From NCBI GenBank assembly GCA_963747235.1, contig CAVVEU010000008.1, forward strand, positions 352,001 through 416,000: a stretch of DNA of 64,000 nt. The letters are read 5' to 3'. The DNA is from an uncultured Candidatus Rokubacteria bacterium. GTDB lineage: Bacteria; Methylomirabilota; Methylomirabilia; Rokubacteriales; CSP1-6. A model generated the notes under the pieces. That model was not told the origin of the DNA and made no database searches. It saw only the letters and a list, made by a program, of their open reading frames with translations. Shown piece after piece: positions 53,232 through 63,497 of this stretch. The translations under genes were made by a program, and so were the position numbers. Numbering within the stretch: the stretch's first letter is position 1; each line of letters opens with the position of its first letter.

Positions 53232-53920
53232 ATGAAACGCTACGGTCAGTTCTGCTCGATGGCGCGCGCGCTCGATCTGCTCGGGGAACGGTGGACGCTG
53301 CTCATCGTGCGCGAGCTGCTCTGCGGGAGCCGTCGCTTCGGGGAGATCCAGCGCGGGATCCCGCGCATCTCGCGCACCATGCTCGCGGCGCGCATGCGCG
53401 AGCTGGCCGACGCCCTCGTGATCGAGCGCCTCGACGGCGACGGCGGGCCCGAGTACCGGTTGACCGCCGCGGGGCTCGAGCTCGCCGCGGTCGTGCGCGA
53501 GCTGGGCACGTGGGGCCAGCGGTGGCTCCCTCGCGCGCTCCCGCCGAATGAGCTGGACGCGCACGCGCTCATGTGGGATATCCACCGCCGGGTGCGCCGG
53601 GACGCCCTCCCGGAGAAGCCCCTCGTGGTCCGCATCGAGCTCACCGACGTGCGGGGCGCCGCGGCTCGCCACTATCTCCTGCTCCGGCGCAGCGAGGTGT
53701 CGCTCTGCACCGTCAACCCCGGCTTCCCGGAGGAGCTGTGCCTCCACGCCAGCCGCCGAACCCTGATCGGGTGGTGGCGGGGGGACCTGACCTTCCGACA
53801 GGCGGTCGACGCCGGCCTGGTCCTCGAGGGACGGCGTGAGTGGGTGCGCGCGTTTCCGGGCTGGTTCGAGCGCTACCTGTTCGCGGAGGTCGCCCCCGCC
53901 TCCCGCGCGCGCGCCGCTAG
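53232..53920 (+). CDS. HxlR-family wHTH regulator with SCP2-like C-terminal domain; end approximate (open to 54074 as given)
   Basis: YGQFCSMARALDLLGERWTLLIVRELL, RRFGEIQRG, EYRLTAAG. Confidence 0.9.
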
Positions 53921-54794
53921 CCGCAGGACGTCGTTCTTGAAGCGCTCGAGCGTTCGCACGTGCTCCTCGGGGTCCGGAAGACCGAGCCCCATCGTGTTGA
54001 CGCACAGGTGGGTGATGCCGCGCATCGCGCGCCACGAGGCCATCTCCTTCGCGCGGTCCTCCGGGGGAACCTGAGCCAGGGCCAGGCGACCCTCGATACC
54101 GAACGTGGCCGGGTCGCGGCCCGCCTCCCGGACGAGGCCGTGGAGACGGTCCACGGTCTGCTGGGCGGCGGGGCCGGGGCGGAAGGTCTGTAGCGTGATC
54201 CAGCCGTCGGCGAGGCGGGCCGCGCGGCGGAGGACCGGCTCGCTCTCGCCGCCCATCCAGACCGGAATCGGCCGCTGGACGGGCAAGGGCTTGATGCCCG
54301 GCGTCGGGCACGCGGTGCCACCGTCCCTCGTAGGTCACCAGCTCCCTGGTCCAGAGGAGGCGCATGACCTCGAGCTGCTCCTCGATCCGCTTGCCGCGAT
54401 CGTGGATGTTCTCGCCGAGCGCCTCGAACTCGACGGGGCTCCAGCCGACGCCGACACCCAGGCGCAGCCGCCCGCCCGAGAGGACGTCCACCTCCGCCGC
54501 CTGCTTGGCGACGAGCGCCGTCTGGCGCTGGGGCAGGATGAGGACGCCGGTGACCAGCTCGATGCGCCGCGTGACCGCGGCACAGAAGGCGAAGAGGGCG
54601 AAGGGCTCGTGGAAGGCGTGCCGGTAGTCGAACGGGCTGTCCCAGCCGCCCGGACGGTCGGGGTTGGCGCCGACCACGCTGTCGAAGGCGAGGATGTGCG
54701 TGTAGCCCATCGCCTCGACGGCCTGGGCATAGTCGCGGATCACGGCCGGGTCCTGGCCGATCTCCGTCTGGGGAAAGACGACGCCGATCTTCAT
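53873..54794 (-). CDS. LLM-class oxidoreductase, probably F420-dependent
   Basis: MKIGVVFPQTEIG, FHEPF, ILPQRQTALVAKQAAEVD, RAARLADGW. Confidence 0.88.
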
Positions 54795-54801
54795 GGGCGC
54801 C

Positions 54802-55185
54802 TCAGGCGCGGCCCTGGGGGCCGCCGCGGAGCTTGGGGTCGGTATCGATGCACCGTTGCAGGACGATGTCGATACGCCCCCCGTAGTAGCCGGACAGGAT
54901 CCCGATGATCGCGGCCAGGAGCGTGCTGATGGCCACCGCGCCGAGCCCGAGGAGCATCGAGATGCGCGCGCCGTGGATGACGCGGCTCAGGATGTCGCGC
55001 CCGAAGTCGTCCGTCCCCAGCGGGTGGCTCAAGCTGGGGGCCTGCAGGCGGTCCGCGGATTTCATCTTGATCGGATCATAGGGCGCGAGCACCGGCGCCA
55101 GGAGGGCTGTCGTCACGAGACCGATGATGAGGAGGCCGCCCAGCGCGCCCAGCGGCTTGCCCCGCATCATCCGGAACACGGACAT
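54802..55185 (-). pseudogene. DppC/OppC-type permease with large internal deletion
   Basis: HPLGTDDFGRDILSRVIHGARIS N-terminus joined directly to a DPKLRG C-terminus; only 127 aa, no EAA loop. Confidence 0.75.
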
Positions 55186-55195
55186 GCCGCGGCTC

Positions 55196-56140
55196 CTATC
55201 CGAACCGGATCCGCGGGTCGAGGTAGCCGTAGACCACGTCGATCACCAGGTTCAGCACGATGACGCCGGTGGCCAGGAACAGGTTGATGCCCTGGATGAC
55301 CGGGTAGTCGCGCCAGGTGATGGCGTCGAGCAGGAACTTCCCCATGCCCGGGATGACGAAGATGCTCTCCATGATGACGGTCCCGCCGAGGAGGGCCGAG
55401 AGCTGGAGGCCCATCACGGTGACCACCGGGATCATCGCGTTCTTCAGCACGTGCCGGAAGATGACCAGGGACTCCGGCAGGCCCTTGGCCCACGCGGTGC
55501 GGACGTAGTCCTCGCGCAGGACCTCGAGCACCATCGAGCGCGTCATGCGCATGACGCTCGCGGACAGGGCGAGTCCCAGGATGACGGCGGGGAGGACGAG
55601 CTGGGAGAGGTTCTTCACCGGGTCCCGGGCGAACGGCGTGTAGCGCATCGGCGGCACCCACTGCCACCAGATCGACGCGGCCACGATGACCACGGTGGCC
55701 ATCCAGAAGCCGGGCACGGAGAGCCCGCCGATGGCGCCGGTGCGGAACAGGTAGTCGAGCCAGGTATCCTGGCGGACCGCCGAGAAGATGCCGGTGGGCA
55801 CCGCGATCAGGAGGCCGAAGAACATGGCGAGGACGGCCAGCTCGAGGCTCACCGGGAGCCGTCGCAGGATCTCGTCGAGGACCGGCTCCTTGGTCCAGAA
55901 GGACACGCCCAGGTCGCCCTGCAGCACCTTCGCGACGTAGGTGACGTATTGCCGGTGGAAGGGCTGATCGAGGCCCAGCATCTGCTCGAGCTTGGCCTTG
56001 TCGCTGGCGTAACCCTGCTCGCTCATCATCAGGGTCACGATGTCACCCGGAAGCAGCCGGATGATGGAGAAGACCAGCAGGGTGACGAGGGCCAACGTCG
56101 GCAGCAGCAGCATCAGCCGACGCAGAACGTAGCGGGACAC
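55196..56140 (-). CDS. DppB/OppB-type ABC permease
   Basis: GDLGVS, DYVRTAWAKGL, HVLKNA, RDYPVIQG, LDPRIR. Confidence 0.93.
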   Translation of the reverse strand: MSRYVLRRLMLLLPTLALVTLLVFSIIRLLPGDIVTLMMSEQGYASDKAKLEQMLGLDQPFHRQYVTYVAKVLQGDLGVSFWTKEPVLDEILRRLPVSLELAVLAMFFGLLIAVPTGIFSAVRQDTWLDYLFRTGAIGGLSVPGFWMATVVIVAASIWWQWVPPMRYTPFARDPVKNLSQLVLPAVILGLALSASVMRMTRSMVLEVLREDYVRTAWAKGLPESLVIFRHVLKNAMIPVVTVMGLQLSALLGGTVIMESIFVIPGMGKFLLDAITWRDYPVIQGINLFLATGVIVLNLVIDVVYGYLDPRIRFG

Positions 56141-56155
56141 GCCCTCGGCCGGCCG

Positions 56156-57752
56156 TCAGGCCTTCTTGCCGTCGAGCCAGATCTCCTCGTAGCGCTGGTC
56201 GTAGGCGTTGATCGGCACCGTGTAGTTCTTCACCCAAGGCTGGACGCCGTAATGCGTGATCGGGGTGTAGAGGAACACGTTGGGGGCGTCGTCGAGCAGC
56301 AGCCGCTGGATCTGGTGGACCATGTCCACGCGCTTCTTCAGATCCAGGATCTTGGCCTGCTCGTCGATCAGGCGGTGGATCTCGCGATTTCCCCACCGGT
56401 AGTACGTGGCGTTGGCGCCGTAGTACGGACGGATCGCCTCCTCCGGCTCCTCCCCGGTGAGCGCGGTGTGCACGCTCATCGAGTAGTCGTACGAGTAGCT
56501 CTTGTTGTAGTACTGGGCCATCTCCATCGGCTTCAGGTTGACCTGGATGCCCACCTTGGCGAGCTGATCCTTCACCACTTGGGCGCTCTTCACGTTGTCA
56601 CCCGGGCTGCCGACGATGAGCTCGGTCTCGAAGCCGTTGGCATAGCCGGCCTCGGTGAGCAGGCGCTTGGCCTTCTTGAGATCGAACTCCGGCCGCGCGG
56701 AGGCCGGGAGCGCCCACGGCTTGCGGTAGGTGGGGATGGGGCCGGTCATGGTCACGCCCCAGCCGCTGCGCACGATCTCGATAAACTCTTCCTGCTTGAT
56801 CGCGGCCTGGATCGCCTGGCGCACCTTCTTCTCGGTGAAGGGCGGCTTGAGCGGGCGCTGCTCGTCATAGGGCCGGGTGCGCAGCACGATGGGGAACATC
56901 GTGGTGATCTCGGCCACCTTGATCTTCGCGTTCGAGGCTCTTGATCGAGGGCACGTCGGCGAACTCCAGCAGGGAGATGTCGGTCTGCTGCCCGCGGAAC
57001 GCAGCGGTGGCCGCCACCGGATCGATGACGTACTGGATGCGGACCTCGTCCAGGTAGGGCAGCCCCTTCTTGAAGTAGTGGGGGTTCTTGACGAACACCG
57101 CCTCCTGCTCGCGCCGGTACTCCTGCATGACGAAGGGGCCGGTGCCGATCGCGTGGCGCTGCAGGTCGCCGTGCTTCTCCACCACCTCGCGCGCCACGAT
57201 CACGGTCCAGGGGCTGGCGATGTAGTTCAGGAACGGCGCGTACGGCTCCTTGGTCTTGAAGACGATCGTGTACTTGTCCGGCGTCTGGATGCTCGCCAGC
57301 TTCCCGAGGAAGAAGTAGGCGTGCTGGAACTTCCCCGGCTGGTCCGTCATCTGACGCTCGATGCTGTACTTGACGTCCTCCGACGTGAGCTCGCGTCCAT
57401 TCACCGGCGGCACGTTGTGGAACTGGACGCCCTGGCGCAGGCTGAAGGAATACGTGAGGTCGTCCTTCTGCTCCCAGCTCTCGGCCAGGTCCGGCAGGAT
57501 CTTCGTGCCGTCGTGATTGAACTTCAGGAGGGCGTTGTACGTCTGGTGGATCACCTGGAGGGCGGCGGCCCAGGTTTCGAGATGCGGGTCGATGCCGCGG
57601 ATCGGCCCGCTCCGCACGACCAGGGTGCCGCCGCGCTTGGCCTCGCCCTTGTCCTGGGCCCACGTGACGCGGGGCCCGGCCGCGGTCAGGCCGACGCCCA
57701 CGGCGCCAGCGTGGAGAAAGCTACGTCGCGACACGTGGTGGGCAGGCTTCAT
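56156..57752 (-). CDS. Family 5 (peptide/nickel) ABC substrate-binding protein with Tat signal
   Basis: SRRSFL, RGGTL, PDLAESWE, IGTGPF, KVRQAI; one frameshift; upstream TTGACT-17-CATCCT (57868-57840). Confidence 0.92.
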
Positions 57753-57789
57753 GGCGAACTCTCCCTGTTCTTCGTTGAGCAGGGGACTG

Positions 57790-57838
57790 CGTGGTGGTGG
57801 CTGGCCCGTGGTGGTGGGTGGCCCGTGGTGGTGGCTGA
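57790..57838. repeat. 17-bp tandem repeat, about 3 copies
   Basis: CGTGGTGGTGGCTGGCC / CGTGGTGGTGGGTGGCC / CGTGGTGGTGGCTGA. Confidence 0.85.
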
Positions 57839-57910
57839 GAGGATGGCCTGTCCGACGATCGGAGTCAAGGACCGGGCGATGCCCTTTATACTGGAGGCGA
57901 GGAGGCTCGC

Positions 57911-58226
57911 ATGCGTCCCGTTCCGGTCTGTGCCCCCCGCCGCGCCACCTTCTCCGTGGGTGGCCGGCGACTCGGCGCCCGCGTCGCGGCCGACGTGGAC
58001 GGCTATCACGGTGGAGTCAACCGATCTTCCCGCCTGCTGGGCGTTCGCGCCCACGCTGGACGGAGCGCTCGAAAGCCTCGCCCAGCAGGTCGCCCCCGCC
58101 CTCGCGACCCATCCGCTCCCGCCGCTGCCCCCGCACTCTCTCGACCGTCGCCCTGATCTGCGGGCCCGGTTCGCCCGCGTGGTGGCCCGCGCGCTCGGCC
58201 GGCCGATCGACTCGACTCGCGCCTGA
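57911..58226 (+). CDS. Small protein with HicB-like motif (frameshifted)
   Basis: TATACT -10, AGGAGG SD, ATG 57911; joined reading ...DVDGY/VESTDLPACWAFAPTLDGALESL. Confidence 0.5.
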
Positions 58227-58230
58227 CGCG

Positions 58231-58902
58231 CTATTCCTCGGGGCCGATCTCGTCGGCGTAGCATACCGGCGAGGCCGGCGCGCCGGGCTTGCCCGGGGCC
58301 GCCTCTCCGAGGAACACGAGCCCGCCCGGGTCGCGCCGGTACACCCCGCGCTCGGTGACGATCCAGTCCATCGGCATGTCCCAGGCCTGGGGCCGGATGG
58401 TCGGCATCCGCCCCAGCTCGTAGCCGACGCCGATGGCGATGGGCCGCTTCGGCAGGCCGGCCAGGGTCCGGTCGAAGTAGCCGCCGCCGTAGCCCAGACG
58501 ATGACCGGCCTCGTCCCACCCGTGGAGCGGCACCAGCACGACGGTCGGCACGACGGGGTCGGCGCGCGCCGGGTAGGGGATGCCGAGCGGCCCCGCGGCG
58601 AGCGCCACGCCGGGATGCCACTCGCGGAACACGAGCGGCTGCCGCGGCGCGACGACCATCGGCAGCGCGGTCACCGCGCCGCGCCCGCGCAGCTTCTCGG
58701 TCAGGGGGCGCGCGTCGTACTCTCCGCGCATCGGCCAGCAGAAGGCGACCGTCGCGGCCGCGAGGCCGGGGAACGAGCGCTCGAGATGCGCGTCGATCCG
58801 CCGGCGGAAGCGCTCGAGCGTCGCGGCGTCGAGGCGTTCACGCTCGCCGATCAGCCGCTCGCGCTCGGCGGCGCGCCAGGTCTTGAGCTCGTCGGAGGTC
58901 AT
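58231..58902 (-). CDS. 5-formyltetrahydrofolate cyclo-ligase
   Basis: WPMRGEYD, VLVP..GWD..GHRLGYGGGYFDRTL, DWIVTE. Confidence 0.93.
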   Translation of the reverse strand: MTSDELKTWRAAERERLIGERERLDAATLERFRRRIDAHLERSFPGLAAATVAFCWPMRGEYDARPLTEKLRGRGAVTALPMVVAPRQPLVFREWHPGVALAAGPLGIPYPARADPVVPTVVLVPLHGWDEAGHRLGYGGGYFDRTLAGLPKRPIAIGVGYELGRMPTIRPQAWDMPMDWIVTERGVYRRDPGGLVFLGEAAPGKPGAPASPVCYADEIGPEE

Positions 58903-58929
58903 CGCGCGGTCATGCTATATATACCCCCG

Positions 58930-59667
58930 ATGCCGACCTTGCGACACGGCGACGCCACGATCTATTACGAGGAGTTCGGCCAGGGCTTCCCGATCCTCAC
59001 CTTCGCCCCGGCGGGGCTGCAGTCGACGATCGAGGTCTGGAGCCGGCCGGCCGCGCCCATCAACCCCACCACCGAGCTCGCGGCGAGCTTCCGGGTGATC
59101 GCGATGGACCAGCGCAACGCGGGTGGCCGGTCGCATGCCCCGATCACCGCGCGGGACGGCTGGCTCACGTACACCGGCGACCACCTCGCGCTGCTCGACC
59201 ACCTGGGCATCGATCGGTGCCACCTCTACGGCCAGTGCATCGGGGGATCGTTCATCCTGAGCCTGCTGAAGGCCCAGCCCGGCCGCGTGGCCGCGGCAGT
59301 GCTCGCCCAGCCGATCGGGCGGGTGGGGCCGATGGTGGCCGGCCGCAGTCCGAGATTCCAGGCGTGGGTCGAGACCCTCACGGATCACCCCGAGGCCACC
59401 CCCATGGTCCTGGACGCGCTCTCGCGGAACCTGTACGAGCCCGGCTTCGTCTACTGCGTGGACCGCGCGTTCGTGTCCACCTGCGCGGCTCCGTGCCTGG
59501 TCCTGGCGGGCAACGACGAGGCGCACCCGCTGCCGATCTCGGAGGAGCTGGCGAAGCTGCTCCCGACGTGCGAGCTCGTCCGGGAGTGGAAGACCGAGCC
59601 GGCCCTGACCTCGGCGCGGAAGCGAGTCACCGACTTCCTGGCGACGCACACGCCCCGGGGATCGTGA
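58930..59667 (+). CDS. Alpha/beta hydrolase with Cys at the nucleophile elbow
   Basis: IYYEEFGQG, AMDQRNAG, GQCIGG, GNDEAHP. Confidence 0.88.
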   Translation: MPTLRHGDATIYYEEFGQGFPILTFAPAGLQSTIEVWSRPAAPINPTTELAASFRVIAMDQRNAGGRSHAPITARDGWLTYTGDHLALLDHLGIDRCHLYGQCIGGSFILSLLKAQPGRVAAAVLAQPIGRVGPMVAGRSPRFQAWVETLTDHPEATPMVLDALSRNLYEPGFVYCVDRAFVSTCAAPCLVLAGNDEAHPLPISEELAKLLPTCELVREWKTEPALTSARKRVTDFLATHTPRGS

Positions 59668-61541
59668 TGGCCGAGCCGGCGGAGCGTCACGAGTTCCAGG
59701 CCGAGGTCCGCGAGCTGCTGGACCTCATGATCCACTCGCTGTACTCGCACAAGGACATCTTCCTGCGCGAGCTGATCTCCAACGCCTCCGACGCCCTCGA
59801 CAAGATCCGCTTCGAGGCGCTGAGCCGCCCGGAGCTGGCCTCGGGCGAGCTCGAGATCATCCTGGAGGTCGACGCCGCGGCCCGCACCCTGGCGGTGCAC
59901 GACAACGGCATCGGCATGAGCCGGGCGGAGGTAGTGGAGAACCTCGGCACCATCGCGCGCTCGGGCACCCGGGAGTTCCTGCGGGCCATCCGCGAGGCCA
60001 AGGCGGCGGCCGCCCCGGAGCTGATCGGGCAGTTCGGGGTGGGCTTCTACGCGAGCTTCATGGTCGCCGATCGCATCACGGTCGTCACGCGGCGCGCGGG
60101 CACCGAGGAGGCCACCCGCTGGGAGTCGATCGGCGACGGCAGCTACACCCTCGAGCCCGCCGAGCGCCCGGCGGCCGGGACCACCGTCACGCTCCATCTC
60201 AAGCCGCAGGACGAGGAGGACGGGCTCAACGACTACACGCAGGCGTCGGCGCTCAAGGACATCGTCAAGCGCTACTCCGACTTCGTGACGTATCCCATTC
60301 GCCTGCAGGGCGAGACGCTCAACTCGATGAAGGCGATCTGGGCCCGCGACCGAGACGCGGTCACCGAGGAGGAGCACCGCGAGTTCTACAAGCACGTCAG
60401 CCACGACTGGAACGACCCGCTCGAGCACCTGAGCGTGCACATGGAAGGGAGCTTCGAGGCGCGCGCCCTCCTCTACATCCCGTCGAAGGCGCCCTTCGAC
60501 CTGCACGACCGCGAGGGCGGCCACCGCGGCCTCTCGCTCTACGTCAAGCGCGTCTTCATCATGGACGACTGGCGGGAGCTGCTGCCGCCGCACCTGCGCT
60601 TCGTGCGCGGCGTGGTCTCCGCGGACGACCTGCCGCTGAACGTCTCGCGCGAGATCCTCCAGAAGAATCGCCAGATCCAGGCCATCCGCAAGTACCTGGT
60701 GCGGCGCCTCCTGACCGCCTTCAAGGAGATGCGAGAGCAGCGGGCGGAGCGGTACCAGACGTTCTGGACCGAGTTCGGCGTGGTGCTCAAGGAGGGGCTC
60801 CTCGGGCTCGAGGAGGAGCCGGAGCGCCTCCTGGAGCTGGTGCTGGCCGCGTCCACCGAGGGCCCGGCCCTCACCTCGCTCGGCGAGTACGTGGCGCGGA
60901 TGAAGACCGGGCAGCCCGCCATCTACTACCTCGCCGCCGCGTCCCGGGAGGCGGCCGAGCGCTCGCCCCACCTGGAGGCGGTGCGGGCGCGCGGTTACGA
61001 GGTGCTGTTCTTCCTGGATCCGATCGACGAGCTGTGGCTGCGCATGCGTCGCGAGTTCGAGGGCAAGCCGCTCACGTCGGTGAGCCAGGGTGGGGTGGAC
61101 CTCGGCGCAGGGGAGGACGGCAAGAAGGACGACGCCGTCCCGAAAGAGCTCGGCGAGCGATTCAAGGACCTGCTCGTCGCGCTGCGGGCGGCGCTGCAGG
61201 ACGAGGTCAAGGACGTGCGCCTGTCGGAGCGGCTGACCTCGTCGCCCGCCTGCCTGGTCGGCCAGCCCGGCGATCTCAGCGCGCACGTCGAGGAGCTGCT
61301 GCGCCGGACCGGGCGCGAGGTGCCGACGGCCAGGCGGGTGCTCGAGGTGAATCCGTCGCACCCCCTGCTGACGCGGCTCCTGGCCTTCCACGCGGCCCAC
61401 GCGGCCGACGAGCGCTTCCAGCGCTACGCGGAGCTGCTGTACGGCCAGGCCATCCTGGCCGAGGGAGGCACGCTGCCCGACCCCGCCGCGTTCAGCCGGC
61501 GCCTGGCCGAGTTGCTCGTCGAAGCCGCCGGGGAAGATTGA
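59667..61541 (+). CDS. htpG: Molecular chaperone HtpG (Hsp90)
   Basis: FLRELISNASDA, DNGIGM, NLGTIARSG, IGQFGVGFY, DLPLNVSRE. Confidence 0.97.
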   Translation: MAEPAERHEFQAEVRELLDLMIHSLYSHKDIFLRELISNASDALDKIRFEALSRPELASGELEIILEVDAAARTLAVHDNGIGMSRAEVVENLGTIARSGTREFLRAIREAKAAAAPELIGQFGVGFYASFMVADRITVVTRRAGTEEATRWESIGDGSYTLEPAERPAAGTTVTLHLKPQDEEDGLNDYTQASALKDIVKRYSDFVTYPIRLQGETLNSMKAIWARDRDAVTEEEHREFYKHVSHDWNDPLEHLSVHMEGSFEARALLYIPSKAPFDLHDREGGHRGLSLYVKRVFIMDDWRELLPPHLRFVRGVVSADDLPLNVSREILQKNRQIQAIRKYLVRRLLTAFKEMREQRAERYQTFWTEFGVVLKEGLLGLEEEPERLLELVLAASTEGPALTSLGEYVARMKTGQPAIYYLAAASREAAERSPHLEAVRARGYEVLFFLDPIDELWLRMRREFEGKPLTSVSQGGVDLGAGEDGKKDDAVPKELGERFKDLLVALRAALQDEVKDVRLSERLTSSPACLVGQPGDLSAHVEELLRRTGREVPTARRVLEVNPSHPLLTRLLAFHAAHAADERFQRYAELLYGQAILAEGGTLPDPAAFSRRLAELLVEAAGED

Positions 61542-61555
61542 GGAGCCCGGGTTCC

Positions 61556-61838
61556 ATGCCGTCATACTGGAGCCTTCTCCCCGGCGATCCGGCGCCGTGG
61601 TTCCGGACGACTACGAGGGCGGCGAGATCCGGTTCCCGAGTACGGCCCGCGGCGGTTCAAGCTTCCGGTCGGGGGAGCGGTGGTGTTCTCCTGCTCGCTG
61701 CTCCACGCGGTGTCGCGCATGACGCGCGGCCACCGCTACGCGTTCCTGCCGTTCCTGTACGACGAGGAGGCGTCCAGGCTGCGCGAGACGAACAACGCAT
61801 TCCTGGGCGAGGACGTGGACGTGTATGAGCAAGGGTGA
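61556..61838 (+). pseudogene. Internally deleted redoxin / 2OG-Fe(II) oxygenase fusion remnant
   Basis: GAGGAG SD, LLPGDPAPWF start, then DYEGGEIRFP(EYG)...SCSLLHAV..TRGHRYAFLPFLYDEE in other frames. Confidence 0.7.
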
Positions 61839-62154
61839 GTGCCTGCTGATCGTGACCGCCGAGGTGGACCCCGCGGTCGAGGCGGAGTGGAATCGGTGGT
61901 ACGACACGGTCCACCTGCCGGACGCGCTCCGGTGCCCGGGCGTGCGGAGCGGCCGACGCTACGTGTCCACCGGCGACGTAGCGGAGACCGCGGGCGGCCG
62001 GACGGAGCGGGCCGCCCGGCGCATCTACACCACCATCTACGAGCTCGACAGTCCGGACGCCACGACCACGCCCGAGTTCCAGGCCATGCGGGGCTGGTAC
62101 CAGTTCGCGCCCCACGTCCGATCGCGCACGCAGACCATCGTACCGGCGCGGTGA
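61825..62154 (+). CDS. DUF4286/EthD-like dimeric alpha-beta barrel protein
   Basis: EAEWNRWYDTVHLPDALRCPGVRSGRRY...YELDS. Confidence 0.75.
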   Translation: MSKGECLLIVTAEVDPAVEAEWNRWYDTVHLPDALRCPGVRSGRRYVSTGDVAETAGGRTERAARRIYTTIYELDSPDATTTPEFQAMRGWYQFAPHVRSRTQTIVPAR

Positions 62155-62176
62155 AGACCGCAAGAGGAGGTGCATC

Positions 62177-62653
62177 GTGATCTGGGGAATGACGACGGCG
62201 ACGTTCACGCTCGTACACGTGGTGCTGAGCTTGATCGGGATCGGCGCGGGGTTGATCGTGATGGTCGGCCTGTTCTCGGGGAGGCTGCCGCAGGGCTGGA
62301 ACACGCTGTTCCTGGTCACGACGGTGGCCACCAGCGTGACCGGCTTCGGCTTCCCGTTCGATCACCTGTTGCCGTCGCACAAGGTCGGGATCATCTCCCT
62401 GGTGATCCTGGCGGTGGCGGTCCTCGCGCGGTATGGGTTTCACCTCGCGAGGAGCTGGCGGCGCGTCTACGTGATCAGCGCCGCGATCGCGCTCTACTTG
62501 AACGTCTTCGTGGCGGTCACGCAGGCGTTCCTGAAGATCCCGGTCTTGACCGCGCTGGCGCCGACGCAGGCGGAGCCGCCGTTCGCGATCGTGCAGCTCG
62601 CGGTCCTGGCGCTCTTCATCGCGCTCACCGTGGTGGCGATGAAGAAGGCCTGA
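62177..62653 (+). CDS. Hypothetical membrane protein
   Basis: AGGAGG SD; about 5 hydrophobic helices; TSVTGFGFP, YLNVFV..QAFLK. Confidence 0.8.
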   Translation: MIWGMTTATFTLVHVVLSLIGIGAGLIVMVGLFSGRLPQGWNTLFLVTTVATSVTGFGFPFDHLLPSHKVGIISLVILAVAVLARYGFHLARSWRRVYVISAAIALYLNVFVAVTQAFLKIPVLTALAPTQAEPPFAIVQLAVLALFIALTVVAMKKA

Positions 62654-62666
62654 GGCCGACGACCGC

Positions 62667-63497
62667 TCAGGCCTTCCGGGAGCCCTTGCCGTCCTTGTGG
62701 ACCAGGGCGACCGCGGCCTCGGCGGTGAGGACGCGGAAGGCCATCGTCTCGACCAGGTAGAGCCGCACCGCCCGGTCGGTGTGGCTCTGGTACGCGATCG
62801 ACAGGTCGCGGCCGATCGTGAGCTCGAAGTCACCCCCGCGGAGGCTCAGCACCACCGCGCCCTTGACCGCGGGCGCCCACACGAGCGGGCCGTCCACCAG
62901 CTTGCGGACCACGTTGAGCACCGGGTAGCCGCCGTCGCCCACCGCCTGGGTGAGGCCGGTGTAGTAGCGCGGCCCCATCGCGATGGCGTAGGGCCCGTCC
63001 ACGCCGGCCAGGCGCAGGAGCCGGGTCGCCTCCGCGATGCTGTGCGGGTACTCCTGGTAGTCGTCGGGGATCGGCAGGATGGGATGAGACGAAGCCTGGT
63101 CGATGCCCTTGATTCCCCCGGCCGCGTAGCCGTGAAAGATCGCGGTGTCCTCGGCGAGGGCGATGCGGGTGGCGGCGTCGATCAGGGGCTGCAGCTCCGG
63201 ATCCTCCGCGCCGCGCTCGACCGCGTCGAGCTCCTCGCGCGACAGCTCGAAGTACGAGCGGAGCTCGATGAGGGGCAGCACCTGCCGCCGGGAGGCCTCG
63301 ACGTCGGCGGCCGGCGCGCTGCTCAACGGCTCGCGGCGACCGGTGTTCACCGCCGCCGCGGTCGGGCCGAGCGGCCCGTCGAAGTCCACGAGCTTCCGGC
63401 CGGCGAGCTTGAGCTTGAGGACGCGGCTGGCCTCGTCGTCGATCTCCTTCCACGCCGCGGTCGAGACGGGGGCGAGCTCCCGCTTCAGGTTGTTCAC
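62667..63497 (-). CDS. Family 1 encapsulin shell protein (Linocin M18 type)
   Basis: LKRELAPVSTAAWKEIDDEA, GRKLVDFDGPLG, AEDTAIFHG, RGGDFELTIGRDLSIAY; 276 aa. Confidence 0.95.
   Translation of the reverse strand: MNNLKRELAPVSTAAWKEIDDEASRVLKLKLAGRKLVDFDGPLGPTAAAVNTGRREPLSSAPAADVEASRRQVLPLIELRSYFELSREELDAVERGAEDPELQPLIDAATRIALAEDTAIFHGYAAGGIKGIDQASSHPILPIPDDYQEYPHSIAEATRLLRLAGVDGPYAIAMGPRYYTGLTQAVGDGGYPVLNVVRKLVDGPLVWAPAVKGAVVLSLRGGDFELTIGRDLSIAYQSHTDRAVRLYLVETMAFRVLTAEAAVALVHKDGKGSRKA

Noticed and set aside
58903-58929. 6S RNA upstream of the 5-formyl-THF cyclo-ligase gene
   Set aside because: Only 27 bp separate it from the divergent hydrolase gene.
62667-63497. Encapsulin as a prophage capsid
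   Set aside because: No phage genes nearby; the cargo gene with a targeting peptide identifies a nanocompartment.
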